Shown piece after piece: positions 62,897 through 64,000 of a DNA stretch of 64,000 nucleotides; within the stretch, counting starts at the first letter, position 1, and each line of letters opens with the position of its first letter. The notes under the pieces are model-generated. The model saw only the letters and a list, made by a program, of their open reading frames with translations, had not been told where the DNA came from and searched no databases. The translations under genes were made by a program, and so were the position numbers. This stretch comes from a virus. Its lineage: Duplodnaviria > Caudoviricetes. The stretch covers positions 23,857 through 87,856 of IMG/VR virus record IMGVR_UViG_3300020576_004352; one strand, written 5' to 3'.

Positions 62897-63028
62897 ATGT
62901 ACAGCTTGCAATGCGGCCAAACAGGAAGTCTTCTTCGGCGTTTCATGAGCCGGGGTGTTGCGGAGTATTGGTGCCGGAGATTTAACGCACCGCTCCTCGG
63001 CACCGTCTGGCATGTGGTGGAGGTTTAA
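62897..63028 (+). CDS. 43-aa hypothetical protein
   Basis: GGAGG RBS; MYSLQCGQTG...WHVVEV. Confidence 0.45.
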   Translation: MYSLQCGQTGSLLRRFMSRGVAEYWCRRFNAPLLGTVWHVVEV

Positions 63029-63190
63029 ATGAAGAAACTATACCGGTCAGAGATGACGGAGGCCGAGAACGCAGTGAATGACGCGGAGCGGGAACGGCGG
63101 GAAATTCTTGTTGAGGTACAACAGGAAGCGGAGCTCGAGGTCTTGGACTTCGACGCAGACGAAGCATATCTTTACGAAATGGAGCTTTGA
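63029..63190 (+). CDS. 53-aa N-terminally shortened copy of 62554-62787
   Basis: GGAGG RBS; MKKLYRSEMTEAENAVND...YLYEMEL. Confidence 0.45.
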   Translation: MKKLYRSEMTEAENAVNDAERERREILVEVQQEAELEVLDFDADEAYLYEMEL

Positions 63191-63192
63191 AA

Positions 63193-63495
63193 ATGGCAAC
63201 AGAACACACTCCTACCCCTTGGCAGCTCCGCGACGAGTTTGAGTACGGCCCTGCTCTGATAGTAGCCAACGTGGACTACAGCGCAGACGGCACGGGCATC
63301 GACTGCACAACGGTTGTCGCGGATATGGGTGGCACTCAGGCAGACGCGGCCAACGCGGAATTTATAGTTCTCGCTGTGAATGCTCACTACGCGATGGTTG
63401 AGGCTCTCAAGGGTGTCATTCGTGTGGCCGACCGTGCTACTGTTGAGTTTGACGCGGCCAAAGCGGCCCTCAAACTAGCCGGGTGGAAGGGCTGA
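63193..63495 (+). CDS. Conserved phage hypothetical protein (HTP.PW...ANA family)
   Basis: HTPTPW, ADAANAEFIVLAVN...MVEALK. Confidence 0.6.
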   Translation: MATEHTPTPWQLRDEFEYGPALIVANVDYSADGTGIDCTTVVADMGGTQADAANAEFIVLAVNAHYAMVEALKGVIRVADRATVEFDAAKAALKLAGWKG

Positions 63496-63497
63496 CT

Positions 63498-63686
63498 ATG
63501 CAAATCCTATCGGGCTTTCTCTCTGTGGTGGTGGGTGTAGTTTTCATCTACTTTGGTGCCTTCCAAATCATAGTCAACATGGTGCCTCATGACGTAGGTA
63601 TGAAATTCGCAGAGCAGCATGGGGCATGGATGCGGGAGCACGTGTTTCACCTGCCTCCTATTGAGGAGAAGCCACATGACAAGTGA
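63498..63686 (+). CDS. Small membrane protein
   Basis: Hydrophobic ILSGFLSVVVGVVFIYFGAFQII. Confidence 0.45.
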   Translation: MQILSGFLSVVVGVVFIYFGAFQIIVNMVPHDVGMKFAEQHGAWMREHVFHLPPIEEKPHDK

Positions 63687-64000
63687 CCCGGTGCAGGTAG
63701 CGAGGAGTGCTGAGGATCAGATCAGCCAGAAATTCAGAGAGGCTTCTGCCCTTTTTATTGAGGGCATGGTGCAGTATCTTTCACAGAAGCCGTCAAAGCC
63801 TATTGGGCAGATGTTCAGCAATGTGGTGGATGCGGTGGCCGCTGACATTGTAAAGAAGGCTGCGCCAAAGTATTGCACTAAGTGCAAGGGTAGTGGCAAG
63901 GTGTTCGCCCGGCACACCTGTCCGCAGTGCAAGGGCTGTGGCATGTGGGAGTATCCTAAACCCGTCTGCAGCTTCTGTGGCCTCACTCACCCTGTGCAGA
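63676..64000 (+). CDS. Protein with DnaJ-type zinc finger, 3' truncated by window edge; absent from the ORF track
   Basis: CTKCKGSG, CPQCKGCG, CSFCG; frame open to the end. Confidence 0.65.
   Translation, partial: MTSDPVQVARSAEDQISQKFREASALFIEGMVQYLSQKPSKPIGQMFSNVVDAVAADIVKKAAPKYCTKCKGSGKVFARHTCPQCKGCGMWEYPKPVCSFCGLTHPVQ

Larger units (their letters stand above)
62638..63237 (+). repeat. 197-bp perfect direct repeat (62638-62834 and 63041-63237)
   Basis: Identical by base-to-base reading; 206-bp unique spacer. Confidence 0.9.

Noticed and set aside
366-63990. Numerous reverse-strand and nested alternative-frame ORFs in the track
   Set aside because: They overlap well-supported + strand genes, lack RBS and motifs, and are shadows of GC-rich coding DNA; only the parA fragment is accepted on the - strand.
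1-64000. Integrase, CI/Cro switch, terminase, rRNA, CRISPR array, DGR reverse transcriptase
   Set aside because: No supporting motifs seen in this window; the terminase probably lies upstream of base 1.

Overview
64-kb segment of a tailed dsDNA phage (siphovirus) genome. Nearly all genes lie on the + strand. A GcrA homologue, promoters matching the rhizobial RpoD consensus CTTGAC-N17-CTATAT and overlapping spanins point to an alphaproteobacterial host. Gene order: end of an intein-containing portal gene; PBSX/XkdF-XkdG-type head genes; neck and tail tube; tail chaperones with a -1 frameshift; tape measure; lambda-like M/L/K/I/J tail tip, where J carries an N-terminal Hint domain followed by Gly; fibres; lysis genes; then early/replication genes (AAA-DUF1257-DUF2997-like module with an embedded tRNA-like RNA, initiator with iterons, DnaB, PolA with an HNH intein, primase, SSB, SF2 helicase, RecA, Cas4-like nuclease, RuvC) and many small accessory genes (ligase domain Ia, LPD29-like, lipoprotein, GcrA, acyl carrier protein). 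A 3969-bp foreign segment (truncated parA, restriction-modification pair, IS5 tail) flanked by a CTAG duplication splits an HNH-like gene in the lysis region. Unexplained patterns: 14 dispersed copies of the palindrome TGAACC-NN-GGTTCA, two short peptide tags shared by unrelated proteins (RRxINL[ED]D at C-termini, R[TV]RER[TS] at termini) and a repeated LLE[ND]G motif in tail-tip proteins. All family assignments are from motif recognition by eye; no database searches were run.
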